Assembly (NCBI RefSeq): GCF_030684315.1
Contig: NC_081371.1
Span: forward strand, 8,759,550 to 8,823,549
DNA length: 64,000 bases
Direction of reading: 5' to 3'
Origin: Stegostoma tigrinum
Lineage: Eukaryota
The translations under genes and the position numbers were made by a program. The notes beneath the pieces were generated by a model, which saw nothing but the letters and a program-made list of their open reading frames with translations, did no database searches and was not told the origin of the DNA. Shown one piece after another: positions 38,845 to 51,960 of this stretch; within the stretch, counting starts at the first letter, position 1; every line of letters starts with the position of its first letter.

Positions 38845-39760
38845 GGGCATTTTCAGTTGGCACGTGGTGAGTAGTGGATTTGATGTAAGGGTTGCCAAAG
38901 CCAGCTGTCAGCTTTTTACAATCGACGCTAAAGGTTCAGAGAGTAATGTATCCATTTTTACTGATGGTACAAATCTAGGTTGGAAGTGAAACTAGGGAGG
39001 ACAAAGACACACTGTGAGGAGATATTGGCAGGTTAACTGAGTGGGCAACAAGTTTGCAGATGGAGTATATTTGATGACGTAGGAAGTAATTTGTTTGCTA
39101 CTAAGAATTGAATAGCAAAATACTTTCTAACAAGTGCGAAACCTGCAAATGCTTTTTTCCAAAGTATTTTGGATGCAACGTATGCATTTAGATAGAGCAA
39201 ACATGGAGCAAGTTAGCGTGTAGAGAGAGACAACATGCAAAAAGTTAGCATGTAGAGAGAGCAAACATGCAGGAAGTTAGCATGTAGAGAGACACAGCAT
39301 GCAAAAAGTTAGCATGTAGAGAGAGCAAACATGCAGGAAGTTTGTATGTAGAGACAGCAAGCATGCAGGAAGTTAGCATGTTGAGAGAGACAGCATGCAG
39401 GAAGGTAGCATGTAGAGAGAGCAGACATGCAGGAAGTTCGCATGTAGAGAAAGAAAACACGTAGGAAGGCAAATGGCATGTTGGCCTTTTTTACAAGAGT
39501 ATTGAGCAACAGGAATAAAGTAGATGTTTTACAAAGGCACAAGATTTTGGTGAGACAATATTTGGAGTACTGTGCATAGTACTGCAATGGATCACTAAAT
39601 TAGTACTTAGAAAGTGGAGACTGCCCTGTGGAGAATAGCTCAGCAAACTGGGTCTGAATTTACTTCTGTTCTGAAGTATAGAAAGCAATGTCCTCGGAAT
39701 AAATAAGGTTCTGAAGGGATTGATATGGTAGATGCTGAGAAGTTGTTTCCACTGCCCAGG
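38845..39760 (+). mobile_element. Decayed CR1 RT fragment
   Basis: SIFTDGTNLG, cagatggagtat, ggaaggcaaatggcatgttggcc, ttggagtactgtgc. Confidence 0.75.
39190..39467. repeat. 32-bp minisatellite, ~8.5 copies, inside CR1
   Basis: Unit approximately agagagagcaaacatgcaggaagttagcatgt. Confidence 0.92.
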
Positions 39761-40509
39761 TCATCGAAGTCACACCAAGTCATCAGTCTCAGCCCTTTTG
39801 CATGTAGCAGCTGCCTGCGTGTCAAACACTCTGCCTCTTCAGTCCAGCCAGTGGCTACTTTGGGGACTGGTACTGGACTGTCCTCAGAACATTTGAGTAA
39901 GCATCTGTGGCGACTTACCAGTCCTGACAGGCATAACTGAGTTGAGAGCTTGCTGCCGAGCTGAAGGAATGTTCGATGAAAAGTTTATGCATAAATGTGG
40001 AAACTAGCAAACCTGAGTATGGTTGTCAGCCACCCTTTGTGATATGTGGAGAGTGGGCTAGAGGAATGGTCTAAAAGACTGCATTCTGGCCAAATCAGTC
40101 TTACTTGATCGCCTCACTCATGTTCTTTTTTTTATTTTTATAGAGTAGCCACAGTCACAGTGGTCCATTCAGGCCTGTTATTTCATTTAATGTCCACATT
40201 TAATCCTAATGTATTTTCCAGTTCCATTCATTTTCAGTTGGTTGGGAAATGATTCTATAGCCTGAAAGCTGGCCCTGATATTCAAAGATCCCCTCCACCT
40301 GTCCACCTTCTCACCAATACCTCAGTCTCTAGACATCCCTGGAATTTTTAGCATCAACTCTGACACATTTGGTGACACTTCCTGCCTTCGGGGCAAAAGA
40401 TTGTAGTTTCAAGTTCTCCTCCAGAATTTGAAGGAGGAAAACCTGAAACTTAATGCTCCTGGTGAAATGATGAGGGATTGCTGTACTGTTGGAGCTGTCT
40501 TCTTGAAGA

Positions 40510-40970
40510 TTGAGCAAATAATTGGCAGATGAATTTCAATGAAGTTAAATGTTTGAGTGGAAGCATTTCCAGAATGTTTTCAGAGCTGAGTGTTTACAGC
40601 TATGTTTTTTTGTTTAGAATAGAGAAGCATGAGCGGTGATCTGATAAATTATAAATACGTCAGACAGGATAGATATGGAGGACAAGTTCCACTTGTGAGA
40701 GGTGGCCATAAACCCCAGATAGTTGCTAATAAACTCAATTGGGAAATAAGGAGAATTTTTTTTCTTCAGCAAGAAGCTAGAATATGAAACTCACGATCTC
40801 AGGATTTAGTGGAGGGAAACAGCCTAATCTTACATGCTTTCAAAGAAAGTTAGGCCTATACCTAAAGGAGAAGACAGTAATAAAAGTAATGAAGTGTAGG
40901 ATATTTGTATGAACACTGGCATCGACTAGTTGTCTCATAGGATCTGGTTCTGTACTGTAAATTTTACACA
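40510..40970 (+). mobile_element. Highly decayed CR1 3' fragment
   Basis: ggcagatgaatttcaat..aaatgt and gagcggtgatctgat motifs, plus tail ggttctgtactgtaa. Confidence 0.55.
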
Positions 40971-42189
40971 GTCTTAGCTCTGAAAAATGTGTTAATGTTA
41001 TACAACTCTCAGTGCACTCTTCAGATGCATCAACATTTACGAGACAGTCTGGAGAACTAAAAATTGATTGTTTTTTCAATGTTCTGTGGGACCAGAGTTT
41101 TAATACGCTCTTTTATGCTCACCAGCTCAGTTAATTGCAACCTGAAAGAGAAAGTCAAACTCTCAGAATATGGTTTCACAACAGTTTAGAGCAAATATCA
41201 TTACACTTTGAGATTCTAGGGGATGTATTTAGATAAGTATTTATTATAGGCTTTTTTTTCTTTCATAGAAGCAGACCCATTGCATATCTGTTTTCTACTT
41301 CTTACAAACACAATATTGGTAAAGCAGTTGTTTTTGAGATGGAGTTGTTATGGGCAGAGAGCTTCTTTACTGCTGCCTAACAGGCATGTTCACAAGTTAC
41401 TGCTTCTTTCAGATGTGGACAACTGCCTGCATGACATTATTGTGCTCAGCTTAGACGAGAGAAGAATTACCTAGTGTCACAATCACTGCTTATTTACCAG
41501 CCTTTGTCCAGCAGGCTGATGGCACAGAGTGGAAATCCCTTTGTGATTTTGATGAAATCTTCTCTGCTCCTATTTCCAGCAGATGCATTTCATTTGCTCA
41601 TCTCCCTTAGAGATTGAGCCTTCAACCTCCGCACCCCTGCACTTAGAATCCTCCCCTCAAACGTTTTTGTCCTGTTGCCGCTGGTCTCAGTAACATGTCC
41701 CACTTCGGCCTCCCTGTAACCTTTCTTTCCAGTTTCCCGCTTGCTGTCCAGTTTTTCTATGAAACACCATGTGTGTCATATGAAAATAAGAAGGCGCAGT
41801 ATTGTATTTCCCATTGAACAAGTGCAATGTTCAAACTCTCAATGTAATCCATGCTTTAACCAGGCTTGCAGTTTTTTGCAATCCACGAACTGTCACTTTG
41901 TTTGTCATTTCTGGCAACTCTTAGCTCTTGTTTGTAGGAGCCTATTGTCCATTGAATGTAGCAGCTCTTAAAAATGATATGCAACATGTAGAATGGTCAG
42001 AAAAGATTCCATCACATTTTTTAAATGTGGCGTTTTTATGCTGTTTGTAATAATCCTCATTATGAGCTTCTGATGGCCTTTAGTTGTGAGTGAGAAGAAT
42101 ATTTATTGACACTGTTTGCTGAACTGAATGTCTCCTGGGCACTGAGTGACTCGAACGTCTTCTGTCTCTTTGCGAATCTCTTCTTTCAG

Positions 42190-42348
42190 GTCCCCCGGGA
42201 CCCCCTGGAGGGGTGCGAGTTGAGAATATTGGAGACACCTTTGTGACCTTGACCTGGAGTCGAGGAACAGACAACCACAGCCCAATCTCTAAGTACACTA
42301 TCCGACAGAAGTTCGTCGATTCTGATGAATGGAAAGATGCCAGGACAG
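42190..42348 (+). CDS. CNTN1: Contactin (most likely contactin-1) internal exon, N-terminal half of FNIII domain 1
   Basis: Pyrimidine tract plus ttctttcAG acceptor (42188-42189) and GT donor (42349). 159 bp, phase 1/1. Translates (G)[52 protein letters not shown], close to recalled CNTN1 [34 protein letters not shown]. Confidence 0.93.
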
Positions 42349-42604
42349 GTCAGTACCAGCCCAGTTATACAGCAGTCTTGGATTGAATAAGAAAAACACA
42401 GCCAGGAATGTTATAATAGGTTCTGTTTCTTTTCTGTTCATAATCCAGCAAGCATTCAGTTATGTTAATCATAGTTTATGGGGTAAGATGTTGAAAACCA
42501 GTTGACCAAAGGAGTACTGTAACTTCGGTCAGGATGTGGCAGAGGGAAGGTGAGAATGTTGGGAATTGAAACAATCCCGACAAATTCCAGATTTACTTAA
42601 GAGC

Positions 42605-42735
42605 GTTCTGAGGAAGATCATTGGACCTGAAAGGTGAACTCTGACTTCTGTCTACGGATGCTGCCAGACCTGCTGAGCTTTTCCAGCAAATTCTGTTCTT
42701 GTTTCTGATTTCCACAGTTCATTTGGTTTTTATTG
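42605..42735 (+). mobile_element. Single-arm family-B Penelope mini-element
   Basis: Starts at gttctgagga (degenerate hammerhead) and ends ggtttttatt like the other family-B copies. Confidence 0.75.
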
Positions 42736-44230
42736 AGATGTGCCTCCCTGTTCACGCATTGGACAATGTGTTTCGATTACATTTCTTGTCAACCATGTTA
42801 AACATTTATTAAACTGGACACGTTAAGACATGAAACAACAGAGAAAGTTAAAGCCTCAATGTGTTTTGAGAGGATTTATATAGATGAGGATGTATCTGGA
42901 CAGCCCTGTGAAGTAACTATTTCTAAACCACGCCCAATATGAGATACACAGTAGACAATAAACATCTGTCCTTCCCAACACTCCATGCTCTTTTCTCCTT
43001 CATCATCCATTCCCAATATCGTGCCTTCAGCCATTGTACGTGTTAACAGTCTAGGATGCCATATGAGCTGCAAGAAACACATTGTTGTCTTGTCCAGATC
43101 TGTCCTTAAACAATGTCCAAGCTTCTCTTCTGTGACCAGGAATTTGTAGATAGCAGTCAATACCAGACCCCTTGGGAGGAGTTCTGTTTGAATTGCAATG
43201 TCTTAGCCTACCCCAGCCTGCAATTGGCTGATGCAGGAATGATGAGGAACTGAATTGAAGGGCTGAGTTAACCTGCATCAGTGACCTCCTACCTTGACTG
43301 GTTTATCCTGTGTTAAGTAATACATTGGAAGTCGCCATATGCATTTATATTCTCAGAGTTTTTCTGAGAGTAAAATTATGCCGTTGAACAAATACTTAGG
43401 ACTCCAGTGTTCACCGTGTGGAGCGACGATTGCCCACTGTTAAGTGAATTCAAGCCACCCACACACATCCAACTTTCAAGATGCATGGCAGTCATTCAAA
43501 GCAGCTTCTTGAAAAACATGTACTGGAGTTACAGTTGTGCGGAGCTTGTGGGAGATGGTTGCATGCCTTTACTGTTGCTTCAACTACTGTTTTCAACGTG
43601 GTATGTGCACACGGAATGAGGGCAGAAGTGAACATACACACATCTGCCACAGTGTGATTGCTACAAGACATGCATGTGTAGACTGGTTAAGCCACAGAAA
43701 GTCACTCCCAGCACACAGGCAGCATCTGAGACCACTGCCAGCTGGAGCACATGAATTGCCTTTGCTTGGAAGTTGGGGCAAGATTCAGAGGCAAAGGAGT
43801 TCTCTTTCAAATGATCTCATTTCAACCAGCATGCTGAAGCATTAAACCAGTGTCATGTCGCTCTCCCAAGCAATTCCGGAGAAACTCTTTCTCAGTTGAA
43901 AAGTGGCAAAACTTCATTTATTACCCATTGTAAAGGTGCCTTTTCTAAATGCTGTTGAGCATCCCATGTTGATATTGTGGATTGAAATGATAGCTAAGAT
44001 GCTTCAGGACATAGGGATTTAAAAAAAGGGCTTTTATCTCCTGTTGCTGCTGCATTTGACTTTGTTTCTCAACCAGTCAGAGTGGGATTTGAATGTGCAG
44101 CCTTCATGTTGCTCGTCCAGAACCACTGCATAAACTTTGTGTGGCGTCCTATTTCATTGTTTCATTTGTTGGTGATTCACAACCTAGCAGGACCTATACT
44201 CTCTAACTTATATCTTATACATACATGTGG

Positions 44231-44388
44231 NNNNNNNNNNNNNNNNNNNNNNNNNNNNNNNNNNNNNNNNNNNNNNNNNNNNNNNNNNNNNNNNNNNNNN
44301 NNNNNNNNNNNNNNNNNNNNNNNNNNNNNNNNNNNNNNNNNNNNNNNNNNNNNNNNNNNNNNNNNNNNNNNNNNNNNNNNNNNNNNNN
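44231..44388. other. Assembly gap (158 N)
   Basis: Run of N. Confidence 1.
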
Positions 44389-44399
44389 ATCATCAACAT

Positions 44400-44660
44400 G
44401 AAGAGCAAAGCAAAGGAGAACAGTCTTAAAATGAGTAGTTGGCATTTCAGAAGTCAGGCCAGAAGACACGGCTTTGCACAAGGTATAGTAGAAATCCCTT
44501 TCTGGAATAGCCGTTGGTTCATTTGAGATTTTCATTACTGAGATCAATTATCAAGGAATATGGATCAACAATGTGAAAGTGCAAGCAAGGTGTGGCTCAA
44601 CGATCATTTAGTTTAATGTGGAACAGGTCCAAGTGGTTGACTGGACCAATCCTGTTGCTT
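44400..44660 (+). mobile_element. Decayed CR1 3' end
   Basis: tcaaggaatatgg...gatcatttag...ggaccaatcctgttg tail. Confidence 0.5.
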
Positions 44661-44799
44661 TTTCACCATCGCTGTTTTTCTTGTATGAGTTTGGACGTGG
44701 TTTCAAAGCGATATTGGAAATGCAGTGATATGCACAGAAACCTCAAATGTACCTGAACAGAAAATTGATGAAATGGAATGCTCCCTCACTACATAAGAA

Positions 44800-47170
44800 A
44801 AGAGTATCAAGTGGATCTAGATTGTAATCTAGCCATGTGAGGCCCCATGGAGAAGAGTGACCATAATATTCTTTACTGGGATTGAGAGTGATATGGTTGG
44901 TTCTGTGATTAAAATCCTGAACGTAAATAAAGGAAGCCACGATGGTATGAGTGGTGTGCTGGCTATGATAAATTGGGGAATATTACTTAAAGGGATGACA
45001 GAAGAAGGTAAAGTCACCATAGTCTTACCAGACTGCAGAGAGAGAGAGAGAAAGATGGCTGGTGATAGTTTAATCAGAGGGCTACCATGTGAGGTGAGAG
45101 GTTGGGATGAAGAATCATTGGTTAACTTAGCCCTTCCATTCAGTTCCTTATCGCATCATCTAATTGCTGCATTATAATCTTAGTCAGTGTGGGATTTGAA
45201 CCCACGCTGTTGGCATCACTCTGCAATGCAAACCAGTCATTCAGCCAACTGAGCCAAGCAGGTAAGCAATAGCAAACGTTTAAAGAGCACATGGAGGAAC
45301 TACCAAAGTTGTTCACTCCAGTTTGGCACAAAAAATTAACTGGGAAAGATGGCCTGACCACAACTAACAAGAGAAATTCAGGATAATATTATACCCAAGG
45401 AAGGAACATACAAATCAGCCAAAATAGCAGCAGACCTGAGGATTGGGAGCAGTTTAGATTTCAGCGAAGAAGGACAAAGGGATTTTTTGAGGGAAGGAAA
45501 TAGTGTATGAGAGTAAGCTTGTGGGTAATATACAAACTGGTTAGAAAAGCTTCTGCAGGTCCTTGAAGAGGAAAAACTGTGAGGAAAGACAAATATTGTC
45601 CTTTGCAGCCAGAAATATAGGATGTTTTAATGGGAACAAAGAGATGGCAGATAAATTAAATGCATACCTTGGTTCTGCCTTCACAAAGGAGGATGTAAGT
45701 AATGCCCCTAAAATGTTGGGGAACACAGGGTTTAAATGGAAAGAAATCAGTAAATGTAGTGAAATGATGTTTAGAAATTGATGGGATTAACGGCCGATAA
45801 ATCCCCAGGACCCAATTCTGTATGATTCTGTATGCTTTAGGGTAGTTCCTGTGGATTGTAGGGTAAATAACATAACCCTAAAATTTAATAAGAGTTAAAA
45901 AGAAAACCAGAAATGACAATCCAGTTATCCCGTCATTTGTAATGGCGAAACTCCATTATAAAAGAAGTAATAGCAATGCAAATGGAAAACAGTGCAAGGA
46001 TCAACTCAGCATGGATTTACAAAGGGAACTTATACTTGGACAGATATTCTGGAATTCTTTGAGGATGTAACTAATGGAATTGATAAGAGGGGAGCCAGTG
46101 GATGTGGTTTACTTGGATTTTCAGAAGGGTTTGGAGAAGATCCCGCATGAGAGATTACCGTGTAAAATGAAAGCAGATGGGATTTGGAGTTGTACTGTCA
46201 TGGATAGAGAATTGTTTGTCAGACAGAAAACGAAGGCAATAAATAAGAGAGTCTTTTTCTGAGTGACATGCAGTGACTAGTGGGGTACCGCAAGGAATAG
46301 TGCCTAGACCCCAGCTCTTCTCACAGTATATATTAATTATTTGGGTGAGGAAACGAAATATAGCATTTTCAAATTTTCAAACGACAGAGAGTTGAATGGG
46401 ACAGTCAGCCATGAGCAGCATGCAAGGTTGCTTCAGTGAGATTTCAGCAAGTTGAATGAGTGTGCAGATGCATGGCCAGTGGACTACAGTGTTGGATGCA
46501 CATGGGCTTGTCCATTTTGTTTGCAAAAGCAGGAAGGCAGGTTAATATCTGAATGACGATTGATTGGAAAAGGGGAGATGCAACAGGAACTGGGTGTCAT
46601 TGGGCACCAGTCATTGAAAGTAAGTATACAGGTGTAGCACATGGTGTAGAAGGCAAATGGCATTTTGGCCTTCAGACCATGAGGATTCAAGTACAGGAGC
46701 AGGAATGTCTTGCTGTAGCGGTTACAGGCACCTGGTGAGACCACTGCTGAAATACTGTACATAGTCCTTATCTGACTGGTCTCCTTATCAGAGAGAGTGC
46801 AAAGAAGATTTACCGGACTGATTCATATGTCACCGAAACTAACATACGAAGAGAGACTGGATTGTTGCAGACGATACTCACTGGATTTTATAAGAATGAG
46901 ATGGGATATCATAGAAACCTATAACAGTATAACAGGTTTAGATGAGATGAACACAAAGTGTGGTGAGTTTATGGAATAATTCTCTGCCACCAATAGCTGA
47001 TGAGGCCAAAAGATTGAATGTTGTCAAAGAGGTAGATAGGGTTATTCGGGTGAAAGGGATCAAAGGGTTTGGGGAGAAATTGGGAGGCGGGTACTGAATC
47101 ACATGATTAGCCATGATCATATTGAATGGTGGAGCAGGTTTGAGGGCTGAGTGGCCCACTCCTGTATTCT
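44800..47170 (+). mobile_element. Decayed CR1 LINE (EN end, RT, 3' UTR) between the two exons
   Basis: EKSDHN, NKEMADKLNAYLGSAFTKED, GEPVDVVYLDFQKG, GVPQG, QRRFTGLI, and tail gggctgagtggcccactcctg. Confidence 0.88.
45003..45259 (-). mobile_element. tRNA-derived SINE nested in CR1
   Basis: Minus-strand head gcttggctcagttggctgaatg...gtgggttcaaatccc (A and B boxes). It breaks the colinearity of the CR1. Confidence 0.7.
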
Positions 47171-47614
47171 GTGATTCTTGGGACCAGTGAACAGCTGAAA
47201 ACAAGTGGGAAACTTGGAACCAGCTGACAAGAATAGAGTTCTTTGGTGAAAAATAATACAAGGAGAAGTGAAATTGAGTGGTGACAGGTAAGTGGAGGGA
47301 AGTTCTGGGGCTTTGTGCGAAATCCAATTGTAGCCACAGCCTCCCTTACCTATCAGAAGCACTTGATGTAAAAATCCTGAGCAGTTTCCACTGCTCGATC
47401 TATCATTACTAAAGTCACCGGTGTTGGTATCACTGTCACTGCTCCCACATTAGAGGATAGGATAGATTGCGAGTCTTCATGGATCCATATTTCTTAACTG
47501 CTGCTTCATAAAATAAAGTTATGGGACAATCTTTCTGGTGACAGTTGTCAAATTTAAAGGTATCTCTCCATACATCCAATTTTCAAACATGCATGATTTT
47601 TTTTCCCCATTTAG

Positions 47615-47764
47615 ATCCTCAGGATATAGAAGGCAACATGGAAACAGCAAAGGTGATCGATTTGATCCCATGGATGGATTATGAATTCAGTGTCGTGGCA
47701 ACCAATACCCTGGGCTTGGGAGAACCCAGTTTGCCATCCGCTAAAATCAGGACAGCTGAAGCAG
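47615..47764 (+). CDS. CNTN1: Contactin (most likely contactin-1) internal exon, C-terminal half of FNIII domain 1
   Basis: ttttttccccatttAG acceptor and GT donor at 47765. 150 bp, phase 1/1, in frame with the previous exon. Translates (D)[49 protein letters not shown]. Confidence 0.93.
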
Positions 47765-50700
47765 GTGGGTTGCTCGCTCCGTGGAGACTTACTTTATGCT
47801 TTGTGCCTCATTGCAAACAATTTTACATGTCCCACAGTGCATTACAGATTTCGGGAGCTTTAGTTATGAAGAGCTATGAACCACCTCATACCTGTAGTTC
47901 AGTTACTTAGGTTGACATCTACTGCAACATTGTTCCTGCATTGTTCGACACTCCCTAGCTTGTCAGTTATCAACTACATTGACACTTGTAAAGGACGTTG
48001 GATTCTGAATCACAGTCAGGAATCCTAAACTAGAAATTGCGACTGTGAAAGTTGTGTTGTATCATTGATAGTACCAGGATACCTTTCACAGATGCATCCA
48101 CCCTGTTGGTTTATCTCTTGCACAAGGAAGATTTGGGGTATCCATTGAATTGCATGAAGCATTCATGGTGAAATGATCACACACAGTAAAAGTGCACACA
48201 AAAGTTGTATTAACTGCTAACTGAAAAGATGGGACTTTGGATTGAGAACAGTACATGCTTCAGTTGCAGTTTGCATTAAATTGCGTCAATAGATGTGCAT
48301 GTAGTGCTGTTGGAATAACTGAAGTTCCAATTCCTTCAGTTAACAATCTCTTATACTGCTTTCAAATATTTGACCAATAGAAGTGCAATGTGCAGAATCA
48401 GAATTGTGGATGATTTCTCATCATTCTACTTTGCTGACCCTAAGTTCATGGTGGTTCATAAAAACAGTATCCACAGCAATATTACGCTGTAAAGGGCGAT
48501 AAAGAATGAATGGCTGCACTGCTGGTCAGTTATCTTGTAGCTGTGGCAGATTTGACTTCCTGTTGGAGTGCTGGTGAGGGTTCGTTTTATGATATGCTTT
48601 GTTAACATTCAGTTGAAAATTAAGAGCATGCCGACTGTCACTTGTTCCGCTACTGATGTGAATCAGAAAGCAGGTCCAATCAGGGAAGTCTGTAATGTCC
48701 ATGTATAGTGGTCTGTTTGGCCAGGATTAGAGAAACGATCCTGAAAAAGTGGAGGAAATGGATTTTTTTTAAGTAAATACTGCTTCTGTTTCTGTTCTCT
48801 CAACCTGACTTGAAGCACTTGATTTTGGAAGCCCAACTCTCAGTATTAAACTTCACTTGGTTTGTGAGCAGATCAGGATGGCATTACAGTGCTACCCAGC
48901 CACTTCCACACATGGCACTCTCAATTCGTGTGTTTAAGCCTTATAAAGGCAAGTTTGGTATCTTTTACTTTGCGACTTTTTATATTCAGAATGAAAGATT
49001 GGTGTTTATAATATGCATTCATATTTGTGGGAAATGCATTAACTGAGGGGAGCTGAGTTCAGGGGACATGTGAACCTGCCCAAAGAAGTAACCATTTCCA
49101 CTCGGCTCCTTTTCTTTAGAGACAAGTGAAGCCCCAGCGCTCTCGCAGAACCTATTTAATACCGGCATTGAAAAGTACACAGAAGATGAGTTTAGATAGC
49201 GAAAACTTATGGCGTTGCAATGAATTGAATCAGATTGGGTGATGATGCTGAGATGAAATGGCGAGGACTGGTATCTGAGCTGTTTTAAATCAATTGACCA
49301 TGGGAATGATGTGATCCTCAGTCCTGGCAATTCAAGCCACTAAACAGGTTGACTGTCATCCACCCGTATTTATGTTTCTTAGTTCCAGCTTCATCCTTTG
49401 ACCTTTGGTTGACCTTAAGGTTTAGAAATGGATGTCTTTTGCACTGTTGCCTCATTTGTGGGAAAATCTTCTACCAAAACGCATGACACGCATTCTGGGT
49501 TTTATATGCCTTGGTGGAAGCAAGGACAGAGGATTATAAAATGTACATACGTGACTTGCAAAGGTGTGAGAAATTAGGAGCCGACCAGACTTCGAGCTCT
49601 GTCAATTTGCAGCACACTTAAGATGTGGAATCCAACTTGACTTACTGCTCCTGGGTGGAGTTCACTGTAGAACTGACAAAGAGCTCATCTTTGCAGCTTC
49701 CAAGGCCTGAGGCAGCTGCTGTTTGTTTTCAGTAATACTGTTCAGTATCAGGACATTTCAAATGAAGTTGCTGAGTGGTGTATACAGGACAGTGAAGATG
49801 TGTACTTGGGACACCAAGACGATTAAACAAGGCTCCAATTACTAGGCTGTCTGAAATGACACAAGAGCTGCTGCTGATTTTGATCAAAGGACTCCATATA
49901 CAATGGTCACTTGAGTTCTGTGTTTGGTGGTCAATAAATATTTTCTTCACTTCTTCAACTATTCAGACATAATAAGCTGAAATGTAGATCACCTGCACTC
50001 TGTTTCAGAAGTTGCGCATGACTACTTTTATATTACAGGTGTGTAACAAATGAATCTGTGTGTTGGCAATCTCCTGTAGTGCGTTGTATTACCACACTGT
50101 CACATAGTTTCCACTGAATTTCCAAATCTAAATAAAGTTGCTTCTTTGAAATGTTCCAACTTGCTCAATTATGTTTTCAGGAAACAAAATATTACTCACT
50201 GAGAACATTTATAGTTTCTGTTGCTAGCCATGTGGAGGTGACAGGAGTAGGAATATTTGCGATAATCTCAAAGGTTCAGTTTCCATTTTATGATAATGTT
50301 TCTGTTATGAGGCACATTTGCTTCTGAATCTGACAAGTTTTACCGTTTCCAATTTTCAGTTAAAATGACAGCATGATATGAAAACAAGCAAAGTGCAATA
50401 TAGTACAGGTGAGTTTGTTGACTGTTCAAAGTCAACAACATATATTTGGCACAAGTTCCAGTGAATTTTTGGCATATTTTGGGTGACACTATTGTTCAGC
50501 TTGATCATTGATTTAACATAGCATATCTGCAAGGATATGAGTGCACTATCATCTCATTCAAATTTATCCCTGATCTCAAAGACTTGTTAAATTATAGGAG
50601 AGCTACATGTAGGGACTGTGAACATATGCATTGTTACTGAATGATAGCTGTTCACTTAAATGTTCTTTGTGGAATGCTGATCTTTTTCATCAGAATGTTA

Positions 50701-51624
50701 ACATGTATAAGTCTGTGGTTTTTAGTATATCTGAGTACATTTTTTTATCTGGGTTCATTTTGCTGCTTTCACTCGAGGTTTTGTAGCACATAGTTATTAT
50801 TTATGACAGAAATACACAGACTTTATGATGTGCATTAAGATCAATGTGACCGTCGGAAGAGCATGTCTGGCCATTCAGCCTTTCAAACAGTTTGGATTCA
50901 GTGTTACCAAGTTGACCATAATGTTTTATATAAACCATATTCAACTCTACTTCATATGTCAGAATTTGTTGTCATGTCTTCCAAATGTGCCGTGAGATAC
51001 ATATATGTGTGTGCATATTGATGCATTTCTTTTCGTGTGGATGAACATGACAGAATTTTGATGATTAATCATACTCTTGTTTTCATCAATCCTCAGGATT
51101 TTAAACATGTTGTACCTTTGCTCTATATATTGCATTTTACTGTCATTGGGCCAGAGCACCACTGCAACATTTGACTGTTTGTATCTGCATTGTAAATGAG
51201 ATTTTCATCAGCTTGGATTGTAGCTTCTTGTGAAGCCTTGTCCCTTTCCTTGTGTTGCACAGAACCACACATAGTATTGTCTTAATTCTGTTTTGCCTCG
51301 AAAAATATCAGTAAACATGAAGCACTGGTCATATGCGTGAAACCAGGCTTGAAGGGGACAATCGCATTCGCCTGTGTTGTGAGAGTTCAATCCTGTACAT
51401 CTCACAAGGAACTAGCACAACAATAAAACTCAGACACAACTCTGTAGCAGGTGGGAATTGAAGTTAGATCTTGTAGCCCAGAGGTAAAGAGGTAACCATT
51501 GCACACAAGAGATTTCCCTAATGCAATAATGATGCGTTACCTATTTCACCATATTTATTTTATATGTACGTAATCTTAAGTACCACTTAAAAGACTAAGT
51601 TTGTGTTCGTCAGCTGTTGGAAAT

Positions 51625-51960
51625 AATACTTATTTTTATATCATGCTCTTCATGACTTCAGCTCCCCAAGTGCTTTTGAAGGGTACTCACCATTTTAAGG
51701 TAATATATGGCTACCAAATTTGCATGCAGCTTGCTCCTACAAACAAGAATGCAATGTTAATTGAGGGGTAAATATTGACGAGTACATGATGAGAGTGGGC
51801 AGACAGGGTCTTGATTTAATTTCACCTCTGAAAGGCATCTCTTCAAATGATGCAGCATTCTGCTGCTATAGAGCTAGAGTGTCAGCAAAAATTTTCATGC
51901 TAAATTCCCGGAAGTATGAGTTGAGCCTAATCCCTTCTGGTTGAGAGGTGAGACGGCTTC
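51625..51960 (-). mobile_element. DeuSINE-like element
   Basis: ttgaggggtaaatattg, gggcagacagggtcttgatttaatttcacctctgaaagg and gagtgtcagc motifs. Confidence 0.6.

Noticed and set aside
39190-39467. CRISPR-like 32-bp periodicity
   Set aside because: Head-to-tail units with no unique spacers, in eukaryotic DNA.
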